Shown: positions 9,365 through 18,819 of the stretch, in pieces
Numbering within the stretch: position 1 is the first letter of the stretch
How the letters are laid out: every line of letters begins with the position of its first letter
The notes under the pieces: model-generated
What the model was told of the DNA's origin: nothing
The model's input: the letters and a program-made list of their open reading frames with translations, nothing else
The model's database searches: none
NCBI GenBank assembly: GCA_964455555.1
Contig: CAYVXV010000003.1
Coordinates: forward strand, 1,475-65,474
Direction: 5' to 3'
DNA length: 64,000 bases
DNA from: an uncultured Pseudomonadales bacterium
GTDB lineage: Bacteria > Patescibacteriota > Microgenomatia > UBA1400 > PJMF01
Position numbers and translations under genes: made by a program

Positions 9365-10879
9365 ATGCACCAGAAATTTTTCTATATCACCACTACCCTG
9401 CCATATGTGAATGCAACACCACACATCGGGTTTGCCCAAGAAATAGTAGCCGCTGATGTTTTTGCCAGGTATCAGCGTACACTCGGTACAGAAGTTTTTT
9501 TTAACACTGGTACAGATGAGCACGGGCAGAAAATCTATCAAAAAGCATTGGAGCAAAACAGGGACCCACAATCTTATGTAAATGACTACGCCAAACATTT
9601 TAAAGACCTGCAAGGACTTCTAAACCTTAGTTTTAATAGTTTCATCCGGACAACCAACCCTAAACATGTTGCTGCAGCGCAGGAATTTTGGAGGCGCTGC
9701 GAGGCCAATGGAGACATTTATAAACGAATGTATACACTCACCTACTGTGTCGGCTGCGAATTGGAAAAACAGGCTTCAGAGCTGGAAAACGGCCGTTGTC
9801 CGCTGCATCCCAATCAAGAATTAGAGGTAAGAGAAGAAGAAAATTACTTCTTCAGGTTCTCAAGATATCAGCAGTCACTGTTGAATATTTATGAAAACGT
9901 AACTGATTTTGTTGTTCCTGAGAGCAAATTAAAGGAGATTACTGCTTTTGTAGCTGGAGGCCTTCAGGATTTCAGCATTTCCAGATTAAAAGAAAAAATG
10001 TCCTGGGGCATACCTGTTCCCGGTGACGAAGATCATGTCATGTATGTTTGGTTTGATGCTTTGGTCAATTATGTTTCTGCCTTAGGCTGGCCGGACAACG
10101 AAGCTCAGGTAGAGAAGTTTTGGCCAGGTGTTCAAGTTGCGGGAAAAGACAACCTCCGTCAGCAGTCAGCTATGTGGCAAGCCATGCTATTATCCGCTGG
10201 ACTCAAGGCTTCAGAAAAAATACTTATAAATGGTTTCATTTCTGTCGACGGCCAAAAAATGAGCAAGTCACTTGGAAATGTCATTTCCCCTGACGAAATG
10301 GTTGAGCGTTATGGTGTTGATGCTTCCCGTTATCTGTTAATGAACCTCAATCCTTTTGGTGAAGATATGGATGTGACATGGGAAAAACTTGATAATGCAT
10401 ATACAGCAGACCTCGCAAATGGACTGGGAAACCTTGTTTCACGCCTAGCCAAACTCGCTGAAAAAAACGGTTTAACCACAGCTGAGGCAATCCCCCAGGA
10501 TGAGGGTTCGAAAATGCAAGCGCTGCTTGATTCAACAGATTTAAAAAGAGTAACAGATCAATACACTCAAGCTATGACTGATTTCAATCCGGGTCTTGCC
10601 CTTAAATCAGTATTTTTAGATGTTGTTGACTCGGAAACTGTAAAATCTACAATGCACATGAGTGTTTCAACTCTGGATAAGTATTTAGCAGTAGAGCAGC
10701 CTTGGAAATTGTCTGCAGAGGTAGCTGAACCCATTCTAAACAAAGCCATTGCTGACCTCATGCAGATAGCAACTAAACTAACCCCCTTTATGCCTGATAC
10801 AGCAGCCTACATTATTGAGCACTTTTCCGAAAGCAAGCTTAGAGCAGCAGACCCCTTGTTTCCACGGTTGGAAAAATAA
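9365..10879 (+). CDS. metG: Methionine--tRNA ligase (short form)
   Basis: Class I aaRS HIGH motif (PHIGFAQE) and KMSKS motif (KMSKSLGN). The CXXC knuckle (CVGCELE...GRCPLH) is typical of MetRS. Confidence 0.9.
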   Translation: MHQKFFYITTTLPYVNATPHIGFAQEIVAADVFARYQRTLGTEVFFNTGTDEHGQKIYQKALEQNRDPQSYVNDYAKHFKDLQGLLNLSFNSFIRTTNPKHVAAAQEFWRRCEANGDIYKRMYTLTYCVGCELEKQASELENGRCPLHPNQELEVREEENYFFRFSRYQQSLLNIYENVTDFVVPESKLKEITAFVAGGLQDFSISRLKEKMSWGIPVPGDEDHVMYVWFDALVNYVSALGWPDNEAQVEKFWPGVQVAGKDNLRQQSAMWQAMLLSAGLKASEKILINGFISVDGQKMSKSLGNVISPDEMVERYGVDASRYLLMNLNPFGEDMDVTWEKLDNAYTADLANGLGNLVSRLAKLAEKNGLTTAEAIPQDEGSKMQALLDSTDLKRVTDQYTQAMTDFNPGLALKSVFLDVVDSETVKSTMHMSVSTLDKYLAVEQPWKLSAEVAEPILNKAIADLMQIATKLTPFMPDTAAYIIEHFSESKLRAADPLFPRLEK

Positions 10880-10896
10880 GTGCGATTTTTATAATC

Positions 10897-11805
10897 ATGC
10901 AAATAATAGATACTCATTGCCATTATAATCTTGAGCCATTGTACTCAGGACGCAGTAATGATGAAGAAGCCAATCAAGCTGATTCAGATAACCTAACCTG
11001 GCAGCAACATTGGTCAAAAGCGCAAGAGCATGGTGTTGTCGGATCCATAGTTGTTGGCACTTCCTTCCAGACTTCAATTAGAGCTGCATCAATAGCAAAC
11101 CAGGCGTCAAATCTTTTCGCCACTATCGGCATTCATCCGAGTGAGGCTTATGGCAGGCTAATGGAAAAACAAGGCTTAGCCCTTGAGAGTTTTAAAGAGG
11201 AGTTGGAAGAATTGGAAGGCATAATAACAGAAAAGACAGTTGCGGTCGGTGAAATCGGTTTAGATTATTTCTGGCTTGAAGATACTCCCCACAAAAAAAG
11301 CGCCATTCTGCTGCAGCAAGAGCTTTTTAAACTCCAACTCATGCTGGCAGAAAAACATCACCTGCCGGTTTGCATACATGTCCGCGACCGGCAACAGCCG
11401 GAAACAAAAACTGAAGGCAATGCCTACTGGGATACGTTAGCCATTCTCGAAGCTAATTCCATGCACGAAACACCCTTTATTCTTCACTGCGTTTCCGGTC
11501 CGAAGCCATATATTGAGGCTGCAATTGGTTTAGGAGGCTATATTGGGGTAGCCGGTAATGCGACTTATCCGAATGCTCAGGCTCTTAGAGAGATAATTAC
11601 GGCTGCCAGCAAAGACAAAGTCTTGCTGGAAACTGACGCCCCCTATTTGCCCCCGCAGCAGTTCCGGGGTACAATCTGCGAACCCTGGATGATAAGAGAG
11701 ACAGGAAAATTTGTTCAAGAACAACTCAGTCTCAGTAATGAACAGATTCTTGAAAATACAAAAAATTTATTTAGGCAGTTTAACAACCAAAGTGATTTGG
11801 TATAG
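10897..11805 (+). CDS. TatD-family metal-dependent hydrolase/DNase
   Basis: N-terminal IDTHCH metal-binding motif and C-terminal LETDAPYLPP motif characteristic of TatD. Confidence 0.85.
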   Translation: MQIIDTHCHYNLEPLYSGRSNDEEANQADSDNLTWQQHWSKAQEHGVVGSIVVGTSFQTSIRAASIANQASNLFATIGIHPSEAYGRLMEKQGLALESFKEELEELEGIITEKTVAVGEIGLDYFWLEDTPHKKSAILLQQELFKLQLMLAEKHHLPVCIHVRDRQQPETKTEGNAYWDTLAILEANSMHETPFILHCVSGPKPYIEAAIGLGGYIGVAGNATYPNAQALREIITAASKDKVLLETDAPYLPPQQFRGTICEPWMIRETGKFVQEQLSLSNEQILENTKNLFRQFNNQSDLV

Positions 11806-11819
11806 TTAAAGAGGTCAAT

Positions 11820-13325
11820 ATGGGCAATTGGTTGCGGCATTACATCAAGCGTCATCCTATCAGGACTCAGCGGTTTTTAGAAATACTGCCGGGGTTTGTC
11901 TCTTGGTCCTTAATTTTATTCCCGCTTTGGGGGTCACTCATTTTTCCAACACTAGTTGCCTACTATGTTATTGCTTTTGCGGTTTATTGGCTGTTTAGAT
12001 CTTTGACAATGTCCTTCCTGGCTGTAATTGCTCACTTTAAAATTAAAGCTGCTTCAAAATTCGATTGGGTCGCTGACTTGAAAGCCACTTTTCCAAAGAG
12101 ATGGAACGAAATTCATCATATTATCGTTATACCCACTTACCAGGAACCTGTAGAAATTCTTGAGCGAACGATTGACGCATTGGCAAAACAAAGTTATTTG
12201 CTCTCCAACCTGCACATCATGGTTTCTTTTGAAGAAAGAGAGGGCAAACCCGCACAAGAAAAGGCGCAGCGTCTGGAAAAAAAATATAGCAAAACTTTTG
12301 GTAATATATGGACTACATTCCATCCGGATATCGAAGGTGAGGTTAAGGGAAAATCCTCCAACACCTGCTGGGGAGCAAAAATTGCCAAGAAAAAACTAGT
12401 TGATGAAGCAGGGCTTCCTATCGGTGACATCACAATATCCAGCGAAGATGCAGATGCCCAATTTCACCAGCACTACTTCTCTGCTGTAACCTATAGCTTT
12501 TTAGAAACAGACAGACCCTACAATGCAATCTGGCAAGGTGCCATAGTCTTCTACAATAACATCTGGCGCGTCCCTCCAGCTATAAGGGTGCTGGCTTCAA
12601 TGTATTCGGTTATCCAAATGCACATTCTTCTTAGGTCGGACAGACTTATTAATTTTTCTACGTATACGACGTCGCTCAAGCATGTTCACGACATCGGCTA
12701 CTGGGATACCGATGTTATTCCAGAGGACTATCGCCTTTTCTTTAAATCCTATTTTGCAAAAAAAGGAGATTTTGAAGTTAAACCCGTCTTCCTTCCTGTC
12801 TATTCTGATGCTGCTGAATCAACTTCAGTATTCGGCTCCTACAAAAATCAGTATGAACAGCTCAAGCGCTGGGCTTGGGGGGTTAGCGACGATTCATACA
12901 TTATCAAAAAATACATTGAGGCAAAGGATGTGCCTTTTTGGGATAAGACAGTCCGGGTTGCCTCAACAATAGAGGACCATTTCCTCTGGCCTGTCAACTG
13001 GTTTGCCATAACAATCTCGGCATTTCTGCCGCCGCTTTTAAACGAAAGTTTTAACCGTACTGTACTGGGTAAAACTCTACCCCAGGTGACTTCATCACTG
13101 CTAACGATAGCACTTGTTTCCATGGTCGTGATATTTATTATTGATGCGGTCAACCGCCCGCCGCGGCCAAACCGCAAAAACCCCCTGTCTTATATTTTTC
13201 AACCGCTCGAATTCTTGCTGTTGCCGATTGTCGGCTTCTTCTTTTCTGCTCTACCAGGTATAGATGCTCACACCCGGCTAATGCTTGGAAAATACATTGA
13301 ATATAAGGTGACTGAAAAAGTATAA
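11820..13325 (+). CDS. Membrane-embedded processive glycosyltransferase family 2 (cellulose/chitin-synthase-like)
   Basis: Two N-terminal TM helices; GT-A-like core IIVIPTYQEP with an acidic SSEDADAQ motif. A QxxRW motif (EQLKRWAWG) is characteristic of processive GT2 synthases. Three C-terminal TM helices. Confidence 0.6.
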   Translation: MGNWLRHYIKRHPIRTQRFLEILPGFVSWSLILFPLWGSLIFPTLVAYYVIAFAVYWLFRSLTMSFLAVIAHFKIKAASKFDWVADLKATFPKRWNEIHHIIVIPTYQEPVEILERTIDALAKQSYLLSNLHIMVSFEEREGKPAQEKAQRLEKKYSKTFGNIWTTFHPDIEGEVKGKSSNTCWGAKIAKKKLVDEAGLPIGDITISSEDADAQFHQHYFSAVTYSFLETDRPYNAIWQGAIVFYNNIWRVPPAIRVLASMYSVIQMHILLRSDRLINFSTYTTSLKHVHDIGYWDTDVIPEDYRLFFKSYFAKKGDFEVKPVFLPVYSDAAESTSVFGSYKNQYEQLKRWAWGVSDDSYIIKKYIEAKDVPFWDKTVRVASTIEDHFLWPVNWFAITISAFLPPLLNESFNRTVLGKTLPQVTSSLLTIALVSMVVIFIIDAVNRPPRPNRKNPLSYIFQPLEFLLLPIVGFFFSALPGIDAHTRLMLGKYIEYKVTEKV

Positions 13326-13356
13326 GCATTGCCTCCAACATTAGATATTGTCATTT

Positions 13357-14991
13357 ATGAGTAAAGCTCGCTATACTGGAGAGGTGTCTGTTAAAACGCT
13401 TGGTTTCTATAAAGTTATCGATCGAAAAGTAAAGCGCTCTATGCCCCTAGTGCTTTTGCTGCTCTTAGTCCTCCTGCTAAGACTTCCAAATTTTGCTGAA
13501 CCATATTGGTATGGTGACGAAGGCATTTATCTAACTATCGGCCAGGCACTCAATAAAGGCTATGGCCTTTATTCAGAAATAATTGACCACAAAACACCGC
13601 TGATTTATGTTTTGGCACAGGTAGGTACACAGACAAACTTCCGTCTTTTACTTGTGCTATGGATGTTGGCTACTACCAAGTTCTTTTACTTCTTCGCTCT
13701 TAAATTATTTGAAAACAAACAAGCACCGGCTATCATTTCCACCATCCTCTTCATTCTCTTAACCACTTTGCCGTGGTTTGAAGGGAATATCCCAAATGGA
13801 GAGCTTTTTGTCCTTGGGTTTGTGCTGCTTGGCGCCATTCTGCTAACAAAAACAGCTTATTTCTCCTCGTTGCTCAATACTAAAAAGGAAACAAAATTCA
13901 GCAAGAAAGAATCGGTTTTCCTCTTAGCTGCTGGGGCCTCGCTTGGCTTGGGAATTTTAACCAAGGTTCCGGCACTTTTTGACGCAGGTGCCCTAATGAC
14001 CGCCGGCTTCTTTGCAGTAACAAATAAATTTACCTTTATTCCCAGAAAAACTGAGTGGGTAAAGGCCTTGCAAAACACTTTACTGCGCTGGGGTTTGTTA
14101 ACTGCAGGCATAGCTTTGCCAATCATTGCCTCGGTGCTATATTTTACAGCCAAAGGAACGGCCGCAGACTACCTGCAATTCGGCCTGCTTTACAATTTCC
14201 ACTATGCCGGCTCATGGGGACTGCCATTCGAGAGCAAGTTACTACAAATGTTATTTACATTACCTGGAAAATTCGCTCTGACGGCCGGCATCATTTTATT
14301 ATTAACCTTCTTAAGAAAACATGTCCGTCCTATATATCAATTTTTAGGCGCATGGTTTGTCCTAGCCCTTTTTGCCAGCCTTTTGTCTAATCGCCCCTAT
14401 CCACACTATTTCATCCAAGTTATCCCTCCTCTCGTTCTGCTAACCGGCCAAGCAGCAGCTGACTTCATGTCCATCAAGGGTAAACTTCCCCAGGCCCTCA
14501 TGAGAACAAAACATCTGCAGACTCTTCTGATTCCCCTGGGCGCAATAGGTCTTTTCTCTGCTGTTTTGATTTTGTTGAATGTAGGGCTTTATCCTGTTAA
14601 AAGTTATTACAGCAACTGGTGGCAATTCTTTAGCGGTGCTATTAGCCGGGAAGAACACCGCCAGAGTTTTAACTACCTCATGAAGGACAATTACTCTGCT
14701 GCAGCCATTATCAAAACAGCTGGCTCTGATAGATTGTTTATCTGGGGAACCAACCCAATGCTTTATGCTCTGTCGGGTGCCACCCCAACCGGGCGCTTCA
14801 CGGTTTCCTTCCACATCAAGGATCTAGATGCCTTCGACGAAACATTTGAGGACTTTGTTGCGGTTTCACCGGAGTTTGTAGTGGTCATGAACAATGAGAA
14901 AGACCCATTTCCTAACTTCTACACTTATTTGCACAATAACTACAGGCCATATAAAAATCTAGACAACTTTATTCTTTGGCGCAGAATCTAA
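13357..14991 (+). CDS. GT-C fold glycosyltransferase (ArnT/PMT-like), polytopic membrane protein
   Basis: At least 10 predicted TM helices; first loop PYWYGDEGIYLTIGQAL resembles the DE-containing first periplasmic loop of ArnT/GT39/GT83 enzymes. The ORF track starts at a TTG (13348); alternative ATGs at 13357 and 13441. Confidence 0.55.
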   Translation: MSKARYTGEVSVKTLGFYKVIDRKVKRSMPLVLLLLLVLLLRLPNFAEPYWYGDEGIYLTIGQALNKGYGLYSEIIDHKTPLIYVLAQVGTQTNFRLLLVLWMLATTKFFYFFALKLFENKQAPAIISTILFILLTTLPWFEGNIPNGELFVLGFVLLGAILLTKTAYFSSLLNTKKETKFSKKESVFLLAAGASLGLGILTKVPALFDAGALMTAGFFAVTNKFTFIPRKTEWVKALQNTLLRWGLLTAGIALPIIASVLYFTAKGTAADYLQFGLLYNFHYAGSWGLPFESKLLQMLFTLPGKFALTAGIILLLTFLRKHVRPIYQFLGAWFVLALFASLLSNRPYPHYFIQVIPPLVLLTGQAAADFMSIKGKLPQALMRTKHLQTLLIPLGAIGLFSAVLILLNVGLYPVKSYYSNWWQFFSGAISREEHRQSFNYLMKDNYSAAAIIKTAGSDRLFIWGTNPMLYALSGATPTGRFTVSFHIKDLDAFDETFEDFVAVSPEFVVVMNNEKDPFPNFYTYLHNNYRPYKNLDNFILWRRI

Positions 14992-15013
14992 GGAGCGCTG
15001 CTATAATGCGCAT

Positions 15014-15382
15014 ATGAGATTAAGCCGAGCCAACTTCCCCTCATTTCGATTGTATATTCCACCGGCTGTCCAACAGCCCTTTAAGGCGGCGGCGGCTATC
15101 GGTATCGCCACCCTGCTCTTAGCTGGACTCTATTATCCCGGGTCACAGCCGCAACTACCCATCTTTTACTCAATGGCACAACAATCACAACAATTGGCTC
15201 CCAAAGAGTTAATCTTTCTTTTTCCGGGAATTTCATTTGTCATCTTGGCTGCACACCTCGCCATCATTCATGCTCTTAAAAACATAGATAAACTCGTGCT
15301 CAGGTTATTTGCTCTAATGACAGCTATTCTGCAATTTGTCCTATTATTATCACTGATAAGAATAATCTACATTACTTGGTAG
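15014..15382 (+). CDS. Hypothetical small membrane protein (3 TM)
   Basis: Hydrophobic ORF inside the glycosylation operon. No motif. Confidence 0.3.
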   Translation: MRLSRANFPSFRLYIPPAVQQPFKAAAAIGIATLLLAGLYYPGSQPQLPIFYSMAQQSQQLAPKELIFLFPGISFVILAAHLAIIHALKNIDKLVLRLFALMTAILQFVLLLSLIRIIYITW

Positions 15383-15394
15383 TTGGCGGAGTTT

Positions 15395-16468
15395 ATGTTT
15401 GTATTTCTACTAACCTGCGCAATAGCAGCGTTAATCACACCATTGATCATAAAGTGGTATCGCTCAAATAATTGGCTCGACACCCACAACAGCAAGCGCC
15501 CGGTAAAAAATACCCACAGTAAGGCTGTTCCCCGTGGGGGCGGGCTAGTGATTATGACCAGCGTCCTGCTTGCCAGCCTAATATTCTTGCAGGTTGATAA
15601 ATACTTAATTGCCATCCTAGCCGGCGGAGTTATCTTGACAGTGGTTGGATTTCTCGATGACCTTTTTGATTTGCATCCTCTCATCAGGTTGGTAGCTGGA
15701 GTCTTTGTTTCCTTGATAGTAGTAGGATCCGGCATAGGTATTGCATACGTCAGCAATCCTTTTGGCGAAGGTGTAATTCATCTAAATAATCCTCAGCTCA
15801 GTTTGAGCTTATTTGGAAATTTGCACACAATCTGGATAGTGGCAGATTTTTTTGCAATGCTATTTATTCTGTGGAACATGAATATTGTCAACTGGTCAAA
15901 GGGAGTGGACGGCCAAATGCCGGGTTTTGTCAGTATTGCTGCTATTATTATCGGCATCCTTTCCTTCAGATTTATAGATGACCCAACTCAATTTAATACT
16001 GCTCAACTCAGTTTTATCGTTTCCGGTGCTTTTGCTGGATTTTTAATTTGGAATTGGTATCCTCAAAAAATAATGCCCGGTTACGGCGGGGGTACTTTGG
16101 CCGGCTACTTTTTAAGTATTCTAGCCATTTTATCAGGCGCAAAAGTTGCCACCGCCCTGATGGTCTTAGGAGTACCCACTGCCGATGCTATTTTTACTAT
16201 TCTAAGAAGGATTAGGGCGGGCAAATCACCTTTCTGGGGCGACCGCGGGCACATGCATCACAAGCTGCTGGACGTGCTTAAGTGGGGAAGGCGGAGAATT
16301 GCTATTTTTTATTGGCTGTCCAGCCTTGTCCTTGGATTGTTGTCGCTATATTTGAATACTACTGGCAAGTTGATTACAATAATGTTAGTAATACTGTTAG
16401 TATTCACTTTTTTAATATGGGCAAAATGGAAATCTCTTCACCATAATGTAAAGGGGATAACTGCCTAA
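15395..16468 (+). CDS. Polyprenyl-phosphate N-acetylhexosamine-1-phosphate transferase (WecA/MraY family)
   Basis: Motifs SKAVPRGGG, DDLFDL (DDxxD) and NIVNWSKGVDG (NxxNxxDGxDG) are diagnostic of the MraY/WecA phosphoglycosyltransferase family; the PRGGG context favours WecA-like. The ORF track start is TTG at 15383; ATG at 15395 is used here. Confidence 0.8.
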   Translation: MFVFLLTCAIAALITPLIIKWYRSNNWLDTHNSKRPVKNTHSKAVPRGGGLVIMTSVLLASLIFLQVDKYLIAILAGGVILTVVGFLDDLFDLHPLIRLVAGVFVSLIVVGSGIGIAYVSNPFGEGVIHLNNPQLSLSLFGNLHTIWIVADFFAMLFILWNMNIVNWSKGVDGQMPGFVSIAAIIIGILSFRFIDDPTQFNTAQLSFIVSGAFAGFLIWNWYPQKIMPGYGGGTLAGYFLSILAILSGAKVATALMVLGVPTADAIFTILRRIRAGKSPFWGDRGHMHHKLLDVLKWGRRRIAIFYWLSSLVLGLLSLYLNTTGKLITIMLVILLVFTFLIWAKWKSLHHNVKGITA

Positions 16469-16474
16469 AACACC

Positions 16475-17440
16475 ATGCCCGAAACAACCCACCTCATCTA
16501 CCTTATCCTAAAAACAGCCCGGCCCAGACAATGGATTAAAAACTTAGCCTTATACGCAGCTTTAATTTTCTCCGGTTTCTTTTTCTATAATCCAGCGGAC
16601 GGTCTGCCTTATGCGCTTCAGGTTACTATAGCTTTTGTTCTATTTTCTGCCCTTACTGCCAGCATTTATATCATTAACGATTTAGTTGACTACGAAGCCG
16701 ACAAACAGCATCCGTTTAAAAGAAAACGGCCAATAGCTTCTGATGAGCTACCTAAAAACCTTGCAATCGTTGTGGCGCTTTCAGGCCTAACATTCGTTTT
16801 TGTAGCTTCGTTTTGGTTTCCAATTTTCTTTAGGGTCTTGCTGCTAGGATACTTGGTATTGCAGATTCTCTACTCCAAAAAGTTAAAGCATGTGCCAATT
16901 CTAGATGTTAGTTCGATTGCGACTGGATTTTTAATCAGAATTTATGCCGGTGCAGTGGTGGTAAATCTGCACATGAGCGTATGGTTTTTGCTGACTGTAA
17001 TTTCGGCTTCGCTGTTTTTGGCTGTGGGAAAACGTCAGAGCGAACGAACCCTTATGAGGGAATCAAAAGATCAGGATCTGGGTACTACCCGCAAAATCCT
17101 TAAAAGATACAGCCAGCGATTGCTTGATCAATATACTGCCATGTTTGCCAACGCTACCTGGCTGACATATGCCCTCTTTGCTTTTCAAAATGAGATTACC
17201 AAGCCGGATGACCGCTACGCCTTCATCTATACTTATCTGCCGACTGCGCTTCAATCACAAAAACTACTGATGCTGTCATTGCCTTTTGTTATTCTAGGAG
17301 TGATGAGGTACCTTCAGATTATCTATGAGAGCAATAAGGGAGAGTCTCCAGAGAGAGTTTTAATTCAGGACAAACCACTATTAATTACAGCCTTTTTATT
17401 CGCACTAGTAGTGATGTTGGTCACTTATGTGCTTTCTTAA
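16475..17440 (+). CDS. UbiA-family prenyltransferase, decaprenyl-phosphate phosphoribosyltransferase-like
   Basis: Motif YIINDLVDYEADKQHPFKRKRPIASDELP closely matches the NDxxDxxxD plus KRxRP signature of the DPPR-synthase branch of the UbiA superfamily. 8-9 TM helices. Confidence 0.7.
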   Translation: MPETTHLIYLILKTARPRQWIKNLALYAALIFSGFFFYNPADGLPYALQVTIAFVLFSALTASIYIINDLVDYEADKQHPFKRKRPIASDELPKNLAIVVALSGLTFVFVASFWFPIFFRVLLLGYLVLQILYSKKLKHVPILDVSSIATGFLIRIYAGAVVVNLHMSVWFLLTVISASLFLAVGKRQSERTLMRESKDQDLGTTRKILKRYSQRLLDQYTAMFANATWLTYALFAFQNEITKPDDRYAFIYTYLPTALQSQKLLMLSLPFVILGVMRYLQIIYESNKGESPERVLIQDKPLLITAFLFALVVMLVTYVLS

Positions 17441-17452
17441 GGCAGGTCTTTC

Positions 17453-18814
17453 ATGCACAGCTTCATAGAGCGTTACTACCCCACATTGCTCATATGCGTT
17501 CTAGCCTTTAGTTTTTTTACCCGCGTCTACCGCCTCAACCAGCCTGAGGGCTATATGTTCGATGAGGTTTACCACGCGGTCACCGCCAAGCTTATTGCCA
17601 AAGATGATCCCAGGGCATATGAGTGGTGGAACCCAGATCCTGAACCAAATACAGCTGTAGACTGGTTGCACCCTCCCCTCGCTAAATATACTCAAGCTTT
17701 TTTCATCTTGGCATTCGGAGAAAATGCCCTAGGCTGGAGATTTAGTTCAGCAGTTTTTGGCGTATTAACAATTTGGATGACTGCACTACTGGCTTATGAA
17801 CTCTTTTCCAAGCACTCTCTAAGCTTGCTGGCAGCCATTATTGCTGCACTTGATGGCTTATTGTTAGTTCAATCGCGCATTGCCATGAATGATATTCACG
17901 TAACATTTTTTATACTCCTGGCTTTTCTTTTTTACCTCAAACATCTGAAGCACTTTCATTTATTTGCCAAGAAAAAGCATAGTTTCCGCTATCTGGCATT
18001 AACAGGCATATCGGCTGGCATAGCAATATCATCCAAATGGTCCGGAGCATTTGCTCTCGGTGCCATAGTTTTTACCGAGGGAGTTATGTTTTTCGCTTCT
18101 TTAATCCGTTCCAGGGCTATGCTGAGGAGATCTGCCGGGCAGCTATCAAAGAAAGCCTTAGCCATATTTGCTGCTTTAGCTCTGGTACCAGCAGCAATCT
18201 ACTTCCTCTCCTACAGCCAGATGTTTATTCAGGGCAAAGATCTGGCTCATTTCAGAGGACTACACTACCAAACTTGGTATTATCAAACTCATCTCGAGGC
18301 AACACATGCCTATCAATCCCGTCCGATACAATGGTTTTTAAACCTTAGGCCTGTTTGGTTCGCAGTTGATTTTTCTACACTGGGGAAGCGGGCGGACATT
18401 TATGCGTTCGGCAATCCGGTCCTTTTTTGGTTAGGAGCATTCAGCATCGTTGGCTCCACGGCTTATTTAGGGGTGCTTATATTTAAGAGGAACTTAGAGA
18501 AGTTATTAAAGAGCAAATTTTTGGTTTTGCTGCTACTTTTCTATTTTGTCGTTTGGATCTTTTGGCAATTCTCACCAAGAATTATGTTCTTCTATCACTA
18601 CACGCCTGCTGTTCCATTAATGAGCATCAATCTGGCCTACTGGCTGCTGAAAATTAAAGAATACTCTAAATCCAGAATCGGCCGGCTGACACCTGCCATT
18701 GCTGTATCAATCATGGCGGTGGCATTTATTATTTGGTATCCCCATTGGACATTTTTAAGTGTCCCCACTTCTTTTGCAGACAATATTTACTTTGCTCTGA
18801 AAAGCTGGAGATAA
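17453..18814 (+). CDS. GT39/PMT-family GT-C glycosyltransferase (polyprenyl-P-sugar dependent)
   Basis: N-terminal loop YMFDEVYHAVTAKLIAKDD matches the PMT DE motif (DEVHF-like). Multiple TM helices throughout. Confidence 0.7.
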   Translation: MHSFIERYYPTLLICVLAFSFFTRVYRLNQPEGYMFDEVYHAVTAKLIAKDDPRAYEWWNPDPEPNTAVDWLHPPLAKYTQAFFILAFGENALGWRFSSAVFGVLTIWMTALLAYELFSKHSLSLLAAIIAALDGLLLVQSRIAMNDIHVTFFILLAFLFYLKHLKHFHLFAKKKHSFRYLALTGISAGIAISSKWSGAFALGAIVFTEGVMFFASLIRSRAMLRRSAGQLSKKALAIFAALALVPAAIYFLSYSQMFIQGKDLAHFRGLHYQTWYYQTHLEATHAYQSRPIQWFLNLRPVWFAVDFSTLGKRADIYAFGNPVLFWLGAFSIVGSTAYLGVLIFKRNLEKLLKSKFLVLLLLFYFVVWIFWQFSPRIMFFYHYTPAVPLMSINLAYWLLKIKEYSKSRIGRLTPAIAVSIMAVAFIIWYPHWTFLSVPTSFADNIYFALKSWR

Positions 18815-18819
18815 ATTAA

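Noticed and set aside
9320-9613. 97-aa minus-strand ORF overlapping the metG start
   Set aside because: It overlaps the conserved HIGH-motif region of metG and has no motif. Likely spurious.
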